Below, one piece after another: positions 49,802-62,037 of a stretch of 64,000 bases of DNA. The position numbers and the translations under genes are program-made. The stretch comes from Candidatus Eiseniibacteriota bacterium (lineage in GTDB: Bacteria; Eisenbacteria; RBG-16-71-46): positions 1 to 64,000 of the forward strand of contig JBGAML010000010.1 of assembly GCA_044223005.1 (NCBI GenBank), read 5' to 3'. The notes beneath the pieces are model-generated. The model was not told the DNA's origin, made no database searches, and worked only from the letters and a program-made list of their open reading frames with translations. The stretch's first letter is position 1. Every line of letters starts with the position of its first letter.

Positions 49802-52402
49802 ATGTCGTCCATCCCTCGTCCGGCCGCCGTCGCGGCCGTGCTGCTCGCTGCCGCGCTGATCGTGCCCGGCCTCGCGTCGGCGGCGGGCGCCGCACGCGCG
49901 CCGATCAAGCGCTACCAGGCGCGGCTGCTCGCGCGCGAGCCGATGCACGAGAAGCGCGAGCGCCGCGAACGCTTCGAGCGCCTGCGCGAGCTGCGCAAGC
50001 TCGCGAAGCGCCTGCAGGCGAGCGGCCAGGCCAACCTGCGCGTGCGCGGCGAACGACTGCGTCCCGAGACGGGCGAGCCCGACGAGCACGGCCCGCGCGC
50101 GGTCGCATCGCCGGCGCGCGTCACCGCGCCCGCGACGCTGGACCGCGCACTTTCGCCGCCGCGGCCGAACGTGCGCTGCAACACCACGACGGGCGACGGC
50201 AGTTCCGACGGCCAGTGCGAGACGTCGATCGCGCGCTGGGGGAACTACATGCTCGCGGCCTGGAACGACGGCACGGGCTTCTCCGACGGCACCAACCAGA
50301 CGCAGGGCTGGGCGACGTCCGTCGACGGCGGCGCCACGTGGGTGGACCAGGGCAAGTTCCCCACCCCGGCGGCCTACGCGAGCTGGAAGTGGACCAGCGA
50401 TCCGGTGCTGATCGTGAACCCGGTCACGGGGGCCTTCTACTACGCGGGCCTCGCGGACGCGAACTCCACGACCAGCGCGATCGGCGTGATCAAGGGTCGC
50501 TTCTCGGGCACGACGTTCGCGTGGGGCGCGCCCTCGGTCGTGCGCACCGTCACGGGCAACGACTTCCTCGACAAGGAATGGATCGCGTGGGATCCGACGC
50601 GGTCGCGCGTCGACCTCAGCTACTCGCGCTTCCCGGGCGGCATCAGCCGGATCGAGTTCCAGAGCGCGGACAGCTCCCTCACCTCGTGGTCCACGGTGGC
50701 GGCCGTCTCGATCACGGGTTCGGGGCCCACCAGCGAGGACGGCTTCGTGCAGGGCTCGCGGCCCGTCGTCACGCCCGACGGCACGCTGGTCGTCGTCTAC
50801 TACCTGATCGGGACCGCCGACACCGACCTCTATCGCATCGCGCGCTCGGCCGACGGCGGCGTGTCGTTCGCCTCGCCCAACGACGCGGTGACGTTCGCGC
50901 CCAACTTCGGCACCGGCGCGCCGGGCTTCAACCGCGAGATCGGCATCCAGTTCCCGTCGATCGCCGTCGACCGCAGCGGCGGCCCGAACGACGGCCGGCT
51001 CTACCTCGCGTGGGCCGAGTCGATCGACTGGATCGACGATCTCGGCAACCTCGGCAACGGCGGCCGCGTGCTCGAGGTCGAAAACAACGATGCCGCCGGT
51101 TCCGGCACACCGCTCACCGTGGGCCAGAGCGCGGGCGGCAGCTTCAGCTCCGGCGGCGACCTCTACGACTTCTACAAGCTGCCGCTCACCGCGGGCCAGA
51201 GCGTGATCGTGGCGATCGATTCGCTGGCGACCGGGCTCGCCCTCGCGACGCGCCTGTTCGCTCCCGACCAGTCGACGCGGCTCACGTTCACGCAGGCGAA
51301 CTCGTCCGATCTCGCGTTCGGCCCGGCGCCGTGGATGTTCACCGCCCCGGTCACGGGCACGTACTACCTTCGCGTGGGCTTCATCACCGGCAGCGGCCCG
51401 TACGTGATCACGACCGGCGCCGCCGCGCGCAACACCGAGCGTGGCCGCGACCAGCGCGACGTGTTCGTGTCGCACAGCGACGACCACGGCGCCTCGTGGA
51501 GCACGCCGGTGCGCGTGAACCAGGGCGCCGTCGGTTTCGACGACTGGCTGCCCGAAGTGGCCGTGGCCGGCGACGGCCAGGTCTACTGCGCGTGGTACGA
51601 CTTCCGCGACGCGACCGCCTCCACCGCGGGCGGCGAATCGTCCGTCTACCTGGCGCGCTCGAGCGACGGCGGCGTGAACTGGGCCGAACTCGGCGCCACG
51701 TCCGATGCGCGCACGGCGTGGACGAGCACGAGCAGCAACATCATTCCCAACCAGGGCGACTACCTCTCGCTGTTCGCCGACGCCTCGGGCCTGGTCGCCG
51801 CGTGGTCCGACGGCCGCGGCGGCACGCCCGACGTGTACATGTCGTCGTGGACCGCCGCCGAGATCTCGCTGCTGCCCGCGCTGCTCTCGGCCACGCTCAC
51901 CAACAGCCAGGTCGACCTGCTCTGGAGCGTGGGCGCGCCACAGGGCTTTGCCGCGGAGCTCTACCGCCGCGTGGACGGCGCCGCGTGGGACTCGCTGGGC
52001 ACGCTGCTTTCGGACGCGAACGGCCACCTGTCCTACACCGACACGCAGGTATCGATCGGGCACACGTACGACTGGCGGCTGGGCGTGATGATTTCGGGCA
52101 GCGAGTACTTCTACGGCCAGGCCACGATCCGCATCACCGGCGAGCTCGCGCTGGCCGGCGTGCGCCCCAACCCGGCCACGAAGACGAGCGTGATCGCGTT
52201 CACGCTCGCCTCCAACGCCCCCGCGACGCTCTCGCTCTACGACCTCACAGGCCGCCGGATCAGCTCACGCGACGTCGGCGCGCTCGGCGCCGGTGACCAC
52301 GCGGTCCCGCTCTGGACCGGCGAGAAGCCCAACGCGGGCGTCTACTTCGTCCGCCTGAGCCAATCCGGCCGCGACATCACGAAGCGGGTCGTGGTGCTGT
52401 AA
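49802..52402 (+). CDS. Secreted BNR/Asp-box beta-propeller (sialidase-like) protein with inserted PPC-like domain and T9SS-like C-terminal domain
   Basis: SVDGGATW, SADGGVSF, SDDHGASW, SSDGGVNW; EVENND...DFYKL; RPNP...LYDLTGR...GVYFVRL. Confidence 0.78.
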   Translation: MSSIPRPAAVAAVLLAAALIVPGLASAAGAARAPIKRYQARLLAREPMHEKRERRERFERLRELRKLAKRLQASGQANLRVRGERLRPETGEPDEHGPRAVASPARVTAPATLDRALSPPRPNVRCNTTTGDGSSDGQCETSIARWGNYMLAAWNDGTGFSDGTNQTQGWATSVDGGATWVDQGKFPTPAAYASWKWTSDPVLIVNPVTGAFYYAGLADANSTTSAIGVIKGRFSGTTFAWGAPSVVRTVTGNDFLDKEWIAWDPTRSRVDLSYSRFPGGISRIEFQSADSSLTSWSTVAAVSITGSGPTSEDGFVQGSRPVVTPDGTLVVVYYLIGTADTDLYRIARSADGGVSFASPNDAVTFAPNFGTGAPGFNREIGIQFPSIAVDRSGGPNDGRLYLAWAESIDWIDDLGNLGNGGRVLEVENNDAAGSGTPLTVGQSAGGSFSSGGDLYDFYKLPLTAGQSVIVAIDSLATGLALATRLFAPDQSTRLTFTQANSSDLAFGPAPWMFTAPVTGTYYLRVGFITGSGPYVITTGAAARNTERGRDQRDVFVSHSDDHGASWSTPVRVNQGAVGFDDWLPEVAVAGDGQVYCAWYDFRDATASTAGGESSVYLARSSDGGVNWAELGATSDARTAWTSTSSNIIPNQGDYLSLFADASGLVAAWSDGRGGTPDVYMSSWTAAEISLLPALLSATLTNSQVDLLWSVGAPQGFAAELYRRVDGAAWDSLGTLLSDANGHLSYTDTQVSIGHTYDWRLGVMISGSEYFYGQATIRITGELALAGVRPNPATKTSVIAFTLASNAPATLSLYDLTGRRISSRDVGALGAGDHAVPLWTGEKPNAGVYFVRLSQSGRDITKRVVVL

Positions 52403-52424
52403 CCCACTCGCGCACAACGCATCA

Positions 52425-52464
52425 CCGGCGCGGGCGCCCCTCGGGGCGCCCGCGCCGGCGTTTT
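52425..52464 (+). terminator. Intrinsic terminator
   Basis: CCGGCGCGGGCGCCC/GGGCGCCCGCGCCGG stem followed by CGTTTT. Confidence 0.65.
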
Positions 52465-52613
52465 CGGGAGCGCGGCCGCCGCGCCGCATGCCCTCCGTCG
52501 CATGTGCCCCGGGCGGCCCGGGGCTCCGGCGCCCCGCCGCGGCCCCGCGATCCCCCTCGCAAGCCCGCGCCGGCGCGGCAGTTCGCCCGCAAAGTTCTGG
52601 CGCTCCCCGGCCG

Positions 52614-52651
52614 ATTGTGTTTTTATACGGTCGTCCGCATATTTATGCATT
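52614..52651 (+). promoter_or_regulatory. Tandem ARG boxes (ArgR operator)
   Basis: ATTGTGTTTTTATACGGT and TCCGCATATTTATGCATT, 18 bp each, 2 bp apart, an AT-rich island just upstream of argR. Confidence 0.75.
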
Positions 52652-52667
52652 CCGTTCCGGAGGTTCC

Positions 52668-53141
52668 GTGTCGCGTTCCCGTCGGCTCACCGTCATCGGC
52701 CAGTTGCTGGGCGAGCGGCGCTTCTCCAGCCAGGAGGAGCTCGCGCTGGCGCTCGGGCGCACCGGCATCGAGGTCACGCAGGCCACGCTCTCGCGCGACC
52801 TGCGCAGCCTCGGTGTCGCCAAGCGTTCCGGCGCGGGCGGCGAGTCGTACTACGAGCTGCCGGCGCCGGCGGCGGAGGCGTTCGATCGCAACCGCCAGAT
52901 GCTCGACCTGAAGGTGTTCGTCAACGAGGTCCGGCTCGCCGGCAACCTCGCCGTGGTCCGCACTCCCCCTGGGCACGCGAGTGCCGTCGCGAGGGCCATC
53001 GACATGCTCGATTTCCAGGAACTCGTCGGCTCCGTCGCCGGCGACGACACGGTGCTGTGCGTCTTCGCCGGTTCGCCGTCGGCCCGCCGGTTCAAGCGCC
53101 ACCTCGACGCGCTCTCCGGCCGCACGGGAGCCGCCCAGTGA
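52668..53141 (+). CDS. argR: Arginine repressor
   Basis: SSQEEL, VTQATLSRDL, VVRTPPGHA, GSVAGDDTVL. Confidence 0.95.
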   Translation: MSRSRRLTVIGQLLGERRFSSQEELALALGRTGIEVTQATLSRDLRSLGVAKRSGAGGESYYELPAPAAEAFDRNRQMLDLKVFVNEVRLAGNLAVVRTPPGHASAVARAIDMLDFQELVGSVAGDDTVLCVFAGSPSARRFKRHLDALSGRTGAAQ

Positions 53142-54208
53142 GCGCGCCCACGATTCCCGCCGTCGAGAAGTCGCCCCGCGAGGGTGCCGCCCGCCAGACG
53201 GCACGCGTCGCCGTGCTCGGCGCCAGCGGCTACTCGGGCCAGGAGTTCGTGCGGCTCGCGCTCGGGCACGACGGCGTGCAGATCGCCGCGCTGGTCTCCC
53301 GCGAGCACGCGGGCCGGCCCGCGGCCGAGCTCATGCCCGGCGTCGACGCGCGCGCCGCGCAGCTGCCCGCGCCGGTCGCGCCCGCGGCACTGCCCGCGCT
53401 CTTCGCCGAGGGCGTGTTCGACACGCTCGTCGCCTGCCTGCCGCACGGCGCGTGGAAGGCGTTCGCCGCGGAGCACGCGTGGACCGAGCGGCTGCCGCGC
53501 GTCATCGATCTCTCGAGCGACCACCGCGACGGCGCGGCCGGCTACGTCTACGGCCTGCCCGAGGCGTTCCGCGACGCGATCGCGGGCGCCCACCGCATCG
53601 CGAACCCCGGCTGCTACCCGACGGCCGCGACGCTGGCGCTGCTGCCCGCGCTCGAGCGCGGCTGGCTCGCGGGCCCGGTGTCGGTCACCGCGCTCTCCGG
53701 CGTGAGCGGCGCGGGCCGCGCCCCGGCACTGCGCACGTCGTTCGTCGAGCTCGACGGCGGCGCCGCCATCTACAAGGCGGGCGAGGAGCACGCGCACGTG
53801 CCCGAGATGACGCGCAACTTCGCGCACCTTTCGCCCGAGATCTCGCCGCAGGTGGCGTTCGTGCCCCAGCTGACGCCCATGGCTCGCGGCATCCTGCTCA
53901 CCGCGACCGCGCCGCTGGCGCACGAGGTGGATCCGGAAGAGGCGCGCGAGGCGTACGCGAGCCGCTACGAGGGCGAGGCGTTCGTGCAGGTGCTCGATCC
54001 GGGCGTGTGGCCCGAGACGCGCGCGGTGCGCGGCTCCAACCGCTGCGACCTCGGCGTCACCACCGTGCACGGCGGCCGCACGCTGCTGGCCACGGCCGCG
54101 ATCGACAACCTCGTGAAGGGCGCCGCCGGCCAGGCGATGCAGAACCTGAACCTGCTGCTCGGCTGGCCCGAAGGCTGGGCGCTGCCGGTGCACGGGAACC
54201 CGTGGTGA
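53138..54208 (+). CDS. argC: N-acetyl-gamma-glutamyl-phosphate reductase
   Basis: GASGYSG, IDLSSDHR, YGLPE, IANPGCYPT, SGVSGAGR, DNLVKGAAGQA. Confidence 0.95.
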   Translation: MSAPTIPAVEKSPREGAARQTARVAVLGASGYSGQEFVRLALGHDGVQIAALVSREHAGRPAAELMPGVDARAAQLPAPVAPAALPALFAEGVFDTLVACLPHGAWKAFAAEHAWTERLPRVIDLSSDHRDGAAGYVYGLPEAFRDAIAGAHRIANPGCYPTAATLALLPALERGWLAGPVSVTALSGVSGAGRAPALRTSFVELDGGAAIYKAGEEHAHVPEMTRNFAHLSPEISPQVAFVPQLTPMARGILLTATAPLAHEVDPEEAREAYASRYEGEAFVQVLDPGVWPETRAVRGSNRCDLGVTTVHGGRTLLATAAIDNLVKGAAGQAMQNLNLLLGWPEGWALPVHGNPW

Positions 54209-54318
54209 ACGTGAAGATGAACCTGTCGAACGGAGACGGAAGCGTGGGAACGGTGGCTCGGGGGAACCGGCGCGGGACGCCGGTCGCGGCCCATCCGACC
54301 GCGCGGGAGACCGTGCCG

Positions 54319-55122
54319 ATGGCGACGGAGAAGCCCGTCGTCGTCAAGCTCGGTGGCCGGGCCCTCGAAGCGCCGGGAGCGCTTCGCGAGTTCGCCGCCG
54401 CGCTCGCGCGGCTCTCCCGCGTCGCGCTCCTCGTCCACGGCGGCGGTGCCGAGGTGACGTCCTGGTGCGCACGGCTCGGGATCGAGTCGCGCTTCGAGGA
54501 CGGCCTGCGCGTGACCGACGAGCCGACGCTCGAGGTGGCGACCGCGGTGCTGGCCGGACTCGCGAACAAGCGGCTCGTCGCCGCGCTGCGCGCGCTCGAC
54601 GTGAACGCGGTCGGGCTCGCGGCGCTGGACGGCGGCATCGTGGCCGCGCGGCCGCACCCGCTCGCCGACCGGCTCGGCGCGGTCGGCACGCTGGCCTCGG
54701 TGGACGGCACGCTGCCCGCGTCGCTGCTCGCATCCGGCTTCACGCCGGTGATCGCGAGCATCGCCGCGGGTCCCGACGGCGCGCTGCTGAACCTCAACGC
54801 CGACGACGCGGCGACCGCGCTCGCCGCCGCCGTCGGCGCGAGCGACCTGCTGCTGCTCTCCGACACGCCCGGCGTCAAGCTCGACGGCGCGCCGGTCGCG
54901 ACGATCCGCTTCGAGGACCTGGCCGCGACGATCGCGCGCCCCGACGTGAGCGGCGGCATGGTGCCCAAGCTCAAGGCCGCGGGCGAGGCGCTCGCGGGCG
55001 GCGTCGATCGCGTCGCGCTCGGCGCGTGGTCCGGGCCCGACACGCTCGCGTCGCTGCTCGCCGGCACGGCGGGCACCACGATCGTCGCCGCACCCGAAGC
55101 GAAGGAGGCCCACCGTGGCTGA
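54319..55122 (+). CDS. argB: Acetylglutamate kinase (an in-frame GTG at 54205 is an alternative start)
   Basis: VVKLGG, LVHGGG, GLRVTD, NLNADDAA, GGMVPKL. Confidence 0.93.
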   Translation: MATEKPVVVKLGGRALEAPGALREFAAALARLSRVALLVHGGGAEVTSWCARLGIESRFEDGLRVTDEPTLEVATAVLAGLANKRLVAALRALDVNAVGLAALDGGIVAARPHPLADRLGAVGTLASVDGTLPASLLASGFTPVIASIAAGPDGALLNLNADDAATALAAAVGASDLLLLSDTPGVKLDGAPVATIRFEDLAATIARPDVSGGMVPKLKAAGEALAGGVDRVALGAWSGPDTLASLLAGTAGTTIVAAPEAKEAHRG

Positions 55123-56362
55123 AGCGCCCGTCATGACGCCGCCGCAGGCCGGCTTCGCCACCGCGGAGCCCGCGCTGCTCTCGCCCACGTACCCGCTGCC
55201 GCGGCTCGAGCTCACGAGCGGGAGCGGCGCGCGCGTGCGCGACGCCGCCGGCCGCGAGTACCTGGACTTCGTGAGCGGGATCGCGGTCAACGCGTTCGGC
55301 CACGCGCCGGCCGGTCTCGCGGAAGTGGTCGCGGCACAGCTCGGCACGCTCGGCCACTGCTCCAACATCTTCGCCAACGCGCCCGGCGTCGCGCTCGCCG
55401 CCGCGCTGACGCGCGCCACGGGCTACGACCGCGTGTTCTTCTGCAACTCGGGCACCGAGGGCAACGACGCCGCGCTCAAGTTCGCGCGCGCCCGCGCCGG
55501 CAAGCTCGGCCTGCCGGGCCGCGACATCGTCGCGTTCCAGGGCGGCTTCCACGGCCGCACGGGCTTCGCGCTCTCGGCCACGCACACGCCGTCCTACCGC
55601 GCGCCCTTCGAGCCGCTGATTCCGGGCATCCGCTTCGGCGCCTTCAACGACGTCGCGGGGTTGGACGCGCTGATCGACGCGAACACCTGCGCCGTGATCG
55701 TGGAGCCCGTGCAGGGCGAGAGCGGCGCGGTGCCCGCGACGCCGGCGTTCCTGCAGGCGCTGCGCGCGCGCGCCACGGCGGTGAACGCGGCGCTGATCTT
55801 CGACGAGGTGCAGACGGGCATGGGCCGCTGCGGCACGCTGCTCGCGCAGGAGCATTTCGGCGTGCGCGGCGACCTCACCGTGATGAGCAAGGCGCTCGGC
55901 GCCGGCCTGCCGATCGGCGCGGTGCTCATGACGGAGGCGGTGGCCGCGTGCCTCGCGCCCGGCATGCACGGCTGCACGTTCGGCGGCAACCCGGTGAGCT
56001 GCGCGGCGGCGAACTGGTCGCTCGCCAAGGTGACGGCGCCCGGCATGCTGGACGGCGTGCGCCGCGCGGCGGCGGCGCTGGAGCAGGGCCTCGCCGCGCT
56101 GGCCGCGAAGCACCCGTCCGTGCGCGAGTCGCGCGGACTCGGCCTGCTGCGCGCGATCGATCTCGCTCCGGAGGCGCCGTTCGGCCCGCCGGAGCTGCTC
56201 GCGGCGGCGCGCGAACGCGGGCTGCTGCTCGTGCGGGGCGGAGAGCGGGCGGTGCGGCTGCTGCCGCCGCTCACGGTGACGAACGACGACATCACGAACG
56301 CGCTGGCGATGCTCGATGCGGCACTCGCGGCGCTCGAATCACCCGGAGGAGAAACGAAGTGA
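55115..56362 (+). CDS. argD: Acetylornithine aminotransferase
   Basis: YLDFVSGIAVNAFGH, NSGTEGN, FHGRT, EPVQGESG, FDEVQTGMGR, SKALG. Confidence 0.93.
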   Translation: MAEAPVMTPPQAGFATAEPALLSPTYPLPRLELTSGSGARVRDAAGREYLDFVSGIAVNAFGHAPAGLAEVVAAQLGTLGHCSNIFANAPGVALAAALTRATGYDRVFFCNSGTEGNDAALKFARARAGKLGLPGRDIVAFQGGFHGRTGFALSATHTPSYRAPFEPLIPGIRFGAFNDVAGLDALIDANTCAVIVEPVQGESGAVPATPAFLQALRARATAVNAALIFDEVQTGMGRCGTLLAQEHFGVRGDLTVMSKALGAGLPIGAVLMTEAVAACLAPGMHGCTFGGNPVSCAAANWSLAKVTAPGMLDGVRRAAAALEQGLAALAAKHPSVRESRGLGLLRAIDLAPEAPFGPPELLAAARERGLLLVRGGERAVRLLPPLTVTNDDITNALAMLDAALAALESPGGETK

Positions 56363-57598
56363 AGACGAAGGGACCGAAGATCCAGAAGGCGGCACTCGCA
56401 TACTCGGGCGGACTCGACACCAGCATCATCGTGCCGTGGCTCAAGGAGCACTACGGCTGCCAGGTGGTGTGCTACTGCTCGAACGTGGGTCAGGGCGGCA
56501 TGGAACTCGACGGCCTCGAAGCCAAGGCGCACAAGATCGGCGCCGACGAGGTGATCGTCGAGGACCTGCGCCTGCCGTTCGTCCGCGACTTCGTCTATCC
56601 GATGCTGCGCGCCGGCGCGACGTACGAGGGCAAGTACCTGCTCGGCACCTCCATCGCGCGGCCGCTCATCGCCTCGCGCCAGGTGTGGGCGGCCGAGCGC
56701 ACGGGCGCCGACGCGCTCGCGCACGGCTGCACCGGCAAGGGCAACGATCAGGTGCGCTTCGAGCTCACCTACATGGCGCTGGCGCCGCAGCTGCCGGTGA
56801 TCGCGCCGTGGCGCGAGTGGGACATCGTCTCGCGCGAGGACGCGCTCGCGTACGCGGCCAAGCACAATGTGCCGCTCGCGCAGAAGCCCGGCGACCTCTA
56901 CTCGCGTGACGCCAACCTCTGGCACCTCTCGCACGAGGGCGGCCCGCTGGAGGATCCGGCGACGCCCGCGGTCGAGAGCATGTACAAGCTGACCAACGGC
57001 CCCGACCAGCAGCCGTCGAAGCCGGAGACGATCACGATCGCGTTCGAGCGCGGCCGTCCGGTGGCGCTGAACGGCAAGGTGCTCGGGCCCGTCGAGCTGA
57101 TCGAGACGCTGAACCAGGTCGCCGGGCGCCACGGCGTCGGCCGCGTGGACATCGTCGAGAGCCGGCTGGTCGGCATGAAGTCGCGCGGCGTCTACGAGAC
57201 GCCCGCGGGCACGGTGCTCTACGAGGCGCTGGAGGACCTCTGCCGCCTCACGCTGCCGCACGACCTGCTGCGCACGCGCGCCGAGCTGGCGCCGCGCTAC
57301 GCGGACCTCGTCTACAACGGCCTCTGGTTCTCGCCGCTGCGCCGCTCGCTGCAGGCGTTCGTCGACACCACGATGGACGTCGTGACCGGCGAGGTCTCGG
57401 TCGAGCTCTACCGCGGCCACGCCAACGCCGTCGCGCGCACGAGCCCGTACACGCTCTATCGCCCGGACCTCGCGTCCTTCAACATGACCGGTTACAACGC
57501 CGGCCACGCGGAAGGCTTCATCCGGCTCTTCGGCCTGCCGCTCGCGACCGCGGCGCGGCGCGGCCAGCCCGCGGCCGAGCCGGCGGAGACGGTCCAGA

Positions 57599-57606
<8 letters not shown>
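56359..57606 (+). CDS. argG: Argininosuccinate synthase
   Basis: LAYSGGLDTS, YLLGTSIARP, HGCTGKGNDQVRFE, GMKSRGVYETP. Confidence 0.97.
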
Positions 57607-59749
<2,143 letters not shown>

Positions 59750-59763
59750 GCAAGGAGAGCACG

Positions 59764-60741
59764 GTGTCCCAGACGCCCGTCCACCTGATCGACCTGCTGG
59801 GCCTCGAGAAGCCCTGGGTGCTCGACCTCTTCCGCAGCGCCGATCAACTTCGCGCCGTGCGCGGCACGCCGCAGGCGCCGCGCCCGCTCGCCGGCAAGAC
59901 CGCCGCGATGGTCTTCCACAAGCCGTCGCTGCGCACCCGCGTGTCGTTCACCGTGGGCATGCACGAGCTGGGCGGCGACGCCGTGGACCTCACCGCCGTC
60001 GAGGTCTCCGAGAACGGCCGCGAGAGCCTGCCCGACGTCGCACGCGTGCTCGCCGAGATGGTGAACCTGGTCGTGATCCGCACGTTCAAGCACTCGCTGG
60101 TCAAGACCGTGGCCGAGCACTCGAGCGTGCCCGTGATCAACGCCCTCACCGACCAGTCGCACCCGTGCCAGATCCTCGCCGACCTCTACACGCTGTGGCG
60201 TGCCGGCCGCGACCTCGACGCGATCGAGATCGCCTGGGTGGGCGACGGCAACAACGTGCTGCAGTCCTGGCTCGAGGCCGCGACCATCTTCGGCTTCGGC
60301 CTGCGCGTCGCGGTGCCGGAAGGGTTCGAGCCCGACGCGAGCCTGTTCCTCGAGGCCGAGCGCCGGAGCAACGGCCGCGTGCGCCGCTTCCGCGATCCGC
60401 GCGAAGCCGTGCGCGACGCCGACGTGATCTACACCGACACGTGGACCAGCATGGGCCAGGAGAAGGAGAGCGAACTGCGCCGCGTCGCGTTCGCGGGCTA
60501 CACCGTGGACGAGGCGATGATGTCGCTGGCGAAATCCGACGCCTCGTTCATGCACTGCCTGCCCGCTCACCGCGGCGAAGAAGTCACCGACGCCGTGATC
60601 GACGGCCCGCAGAGCATCGTGGTCGAGGAAGCCGGCAACCGGCTCCACCTCCAGAAGGCGCTCATGGTCGCGCTCGCGGCGCCGAAGGCAGCGGGCAAGC
60701 CCGCCGCGAAGGCGCGCAGCGCCTCGCTCGTCGGCGCCTGA
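59764..60741 (+). CDS. argF: Ornithine carbamoyltransferase
   Basis: PSLRTRVSF, HPCQILAD, GDGNNV, DTWTSMGQE, HCLPAHRGEEV; AAGGAG RBS. Confidence 0.95.
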   Translation: MSQTPVHLIDLLGLEKPWVLDLFRSADQLRAVRGTPQAPRPLAGKTAAMVFHKPSLRTRVSFTVGMHELGGDAVDLTAVEVSENGRESLPDVARVLAEMVNLVVIRTFKHSLVKTVAEHSSVPVINALTDQSHPCQILADLYTLWRAGRDLDAIEIAWVGDGNNVLQSWLEAATIFGFGLRVAVPEGFEPDASLFLEAERRSNGRVRRFRDPREAVRDADVIYTDTWTSMGQEKESELRRVAFAGYTVDEAMMSLAKSDASFMHCLPAHRGEEVTDAVIDGPQSIVVEEAGNRLHLQKALMVALAAPKAAGKPAAKARSASLVGA

Positions 60742-60760
60742 GAGAAGAGTCCCCCGAGCG

Positions 60761-60800
60761 ACGCGGCCGTTCCGACCGGGAACGGCCGCGTTCGTGCTTC
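60761..60800 (+). terminator. arg operon terminator
   Basis: ACGCGGCCGTTCC-GACCG-GGAACGGCCGCGT then TCGTGCTTC. Confidence 0.6.
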
Positions 60801-60806
60801 CGCCCG

Positions 60807-60834
60807 CTCATGTTCCGTCCGCCCCGGCCGAGAC
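60807..60834 (+). promoter_or_regulatory. sigma28-like promoter for the HDOD gene
   Basis: CTCAT-N15-GCCGAGAC, about 80 nt upstream of ATG. Confidence 0.4.
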
Positions 60835-60914
60835 TTGGGGCCGGCGTGGCGGTGTCCCGGGCCGATCCCGGCCGACCCGCGTTGGGCGCCGTGGCATTCC
60901 AGGGAGGGCCTCGC

Positions 60915-61955
60915 ATGTTCTCGCAGCTCTGGCGCCGACTGACCGGCGGATCGGCCGCACCCGCGGCCACCTCCGCTCCTGCACCGACGACGCCCGCGGC
61001 GATCGAAGCGCCGCTGCCCGCGGAGCCCTCCGTGCCCATCACGAAGGACGAGACCCGCGCCGGGCCGCCGGTGGCGACCGAGGCGTCGCTGCACCGCTCG
61101 CTGCACTGGCGCTGCAAGGTGCTCCTGGACGGCGCCTCGCGCGATGCGAAGCACTCCGACGGTCCCGAGCTGGTCGAATCGCTGCGCAACGCCAACGATG
61201 CGGTGATCCGCCAGCCTCCCGCGGCGGCGCAGCGCGCGCTCATGGTGGCGCGCGACCCGAACACGCCGGTCGACCGCGTGACGACGCTGTTCGAGAACGA
61301 CCCGATGCTCGCGCAGGGCCTGCTGCGCCAGGCGAACTCGGTCTACTACCGCCGCGACGGCACGCCGTGCACGTCGCTGCACACGGGCGTGCAGCGGATC
61401 GGCATGAAGGGCGTGCAGGGCGTACTCATGGCCAGCATGGTGCAGCAGATGCTCTGCCGGCCGGGTGGGAGCTACGACACGCTCGTGCAGAAGGTCTGGT
61501 CGCACATGCAGCGCACCGCCCCGATCGCGCGCGCCATCGCGCCGGCGTTCGGCGTGGACCCCGAGTCCGCGTACTCGCTCGCGCTGCTGCACGACGTCGG
61601 CAAGCTGGTGGTGTTCGACCACCTTTCGCGGCTGCGCCACGACCACCGGCGCGAGATCAAGATGCCGGACCACTTCTTCCGCCAGCTGCTGGGCCACCTG
61701 CACGAGCCCATCGGCGGACTCGCGGTGCTGCGTTGGGAGCTGGGCCCCGAGGCCGCGCACGCCGTCTCCGAGCATCACCGCCGCGTGCCGCCCGAGGTGC
61801 GCGACCCGGTGACGGAGTGCCTCTTCGCGGCGGAACGGATCGAGCTCGCCCACACCAACTTCACCAAGCTCGACTGGGACGCGATCTGGGCCGACGGCGC
61901 GCTGACCGCCGACGTGGCCGCGGTGCAGGAGCGGTTGAACCAGATGGAATCCTGA
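60915..61955 (+). CDS. HDOD domain protein
   Basis: DPMLAQGLLRQANSVYY, GVQRIG, VWSHMQRTA, LALLHDVGKL, WELG...AVSEHH. Confidence 0.88.
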   Translation: MFSQLWRRLTGGSAAPAATSAPAPTTPAAIEAPLPAEPSVPITKDETRAGPPVATEASLHRSLHWRCKVLLDGASRDAKHSDGPELVESLRNANDAVIRQPPAAAQRALMVARDPNTPVDRVTTLFENDPMLAQGLLRQANSVYYRRDGTPCTSLHTGVQRIGMKGVQGVLMASMVQQMLCRPGGSYDTLVQKVWSHMQRTAPIARAIAPAFGVDPESAYSLALLHDVGKLVVFDHLSRLRHDHRREIKMPDHFFRQLLGHLHEPIGGLAVLRWELGPEAAHAVSEHHRRVPPEVRDPVTECLFAAERIELAHTNFTKLDWDAIWADGALTADVAAVQERLNQMES

Positions 61956-62037
61956 GCGCGCCGGGGCGCGATGCCGCGCCTCCGGCCAGCGCCGGCCGCA
62001 GCGGAACGTCGCGGGGCGTGTGATACCTTTTCCGCCC

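Noticed and set aside
59764..60741. ArgF as N-acetyl- or N-succinylornithine transcarbamylase because of SLRT
   Set aside because: Retains DTWTSMG and HCLPAHRGEEV typical of canonical OTCase
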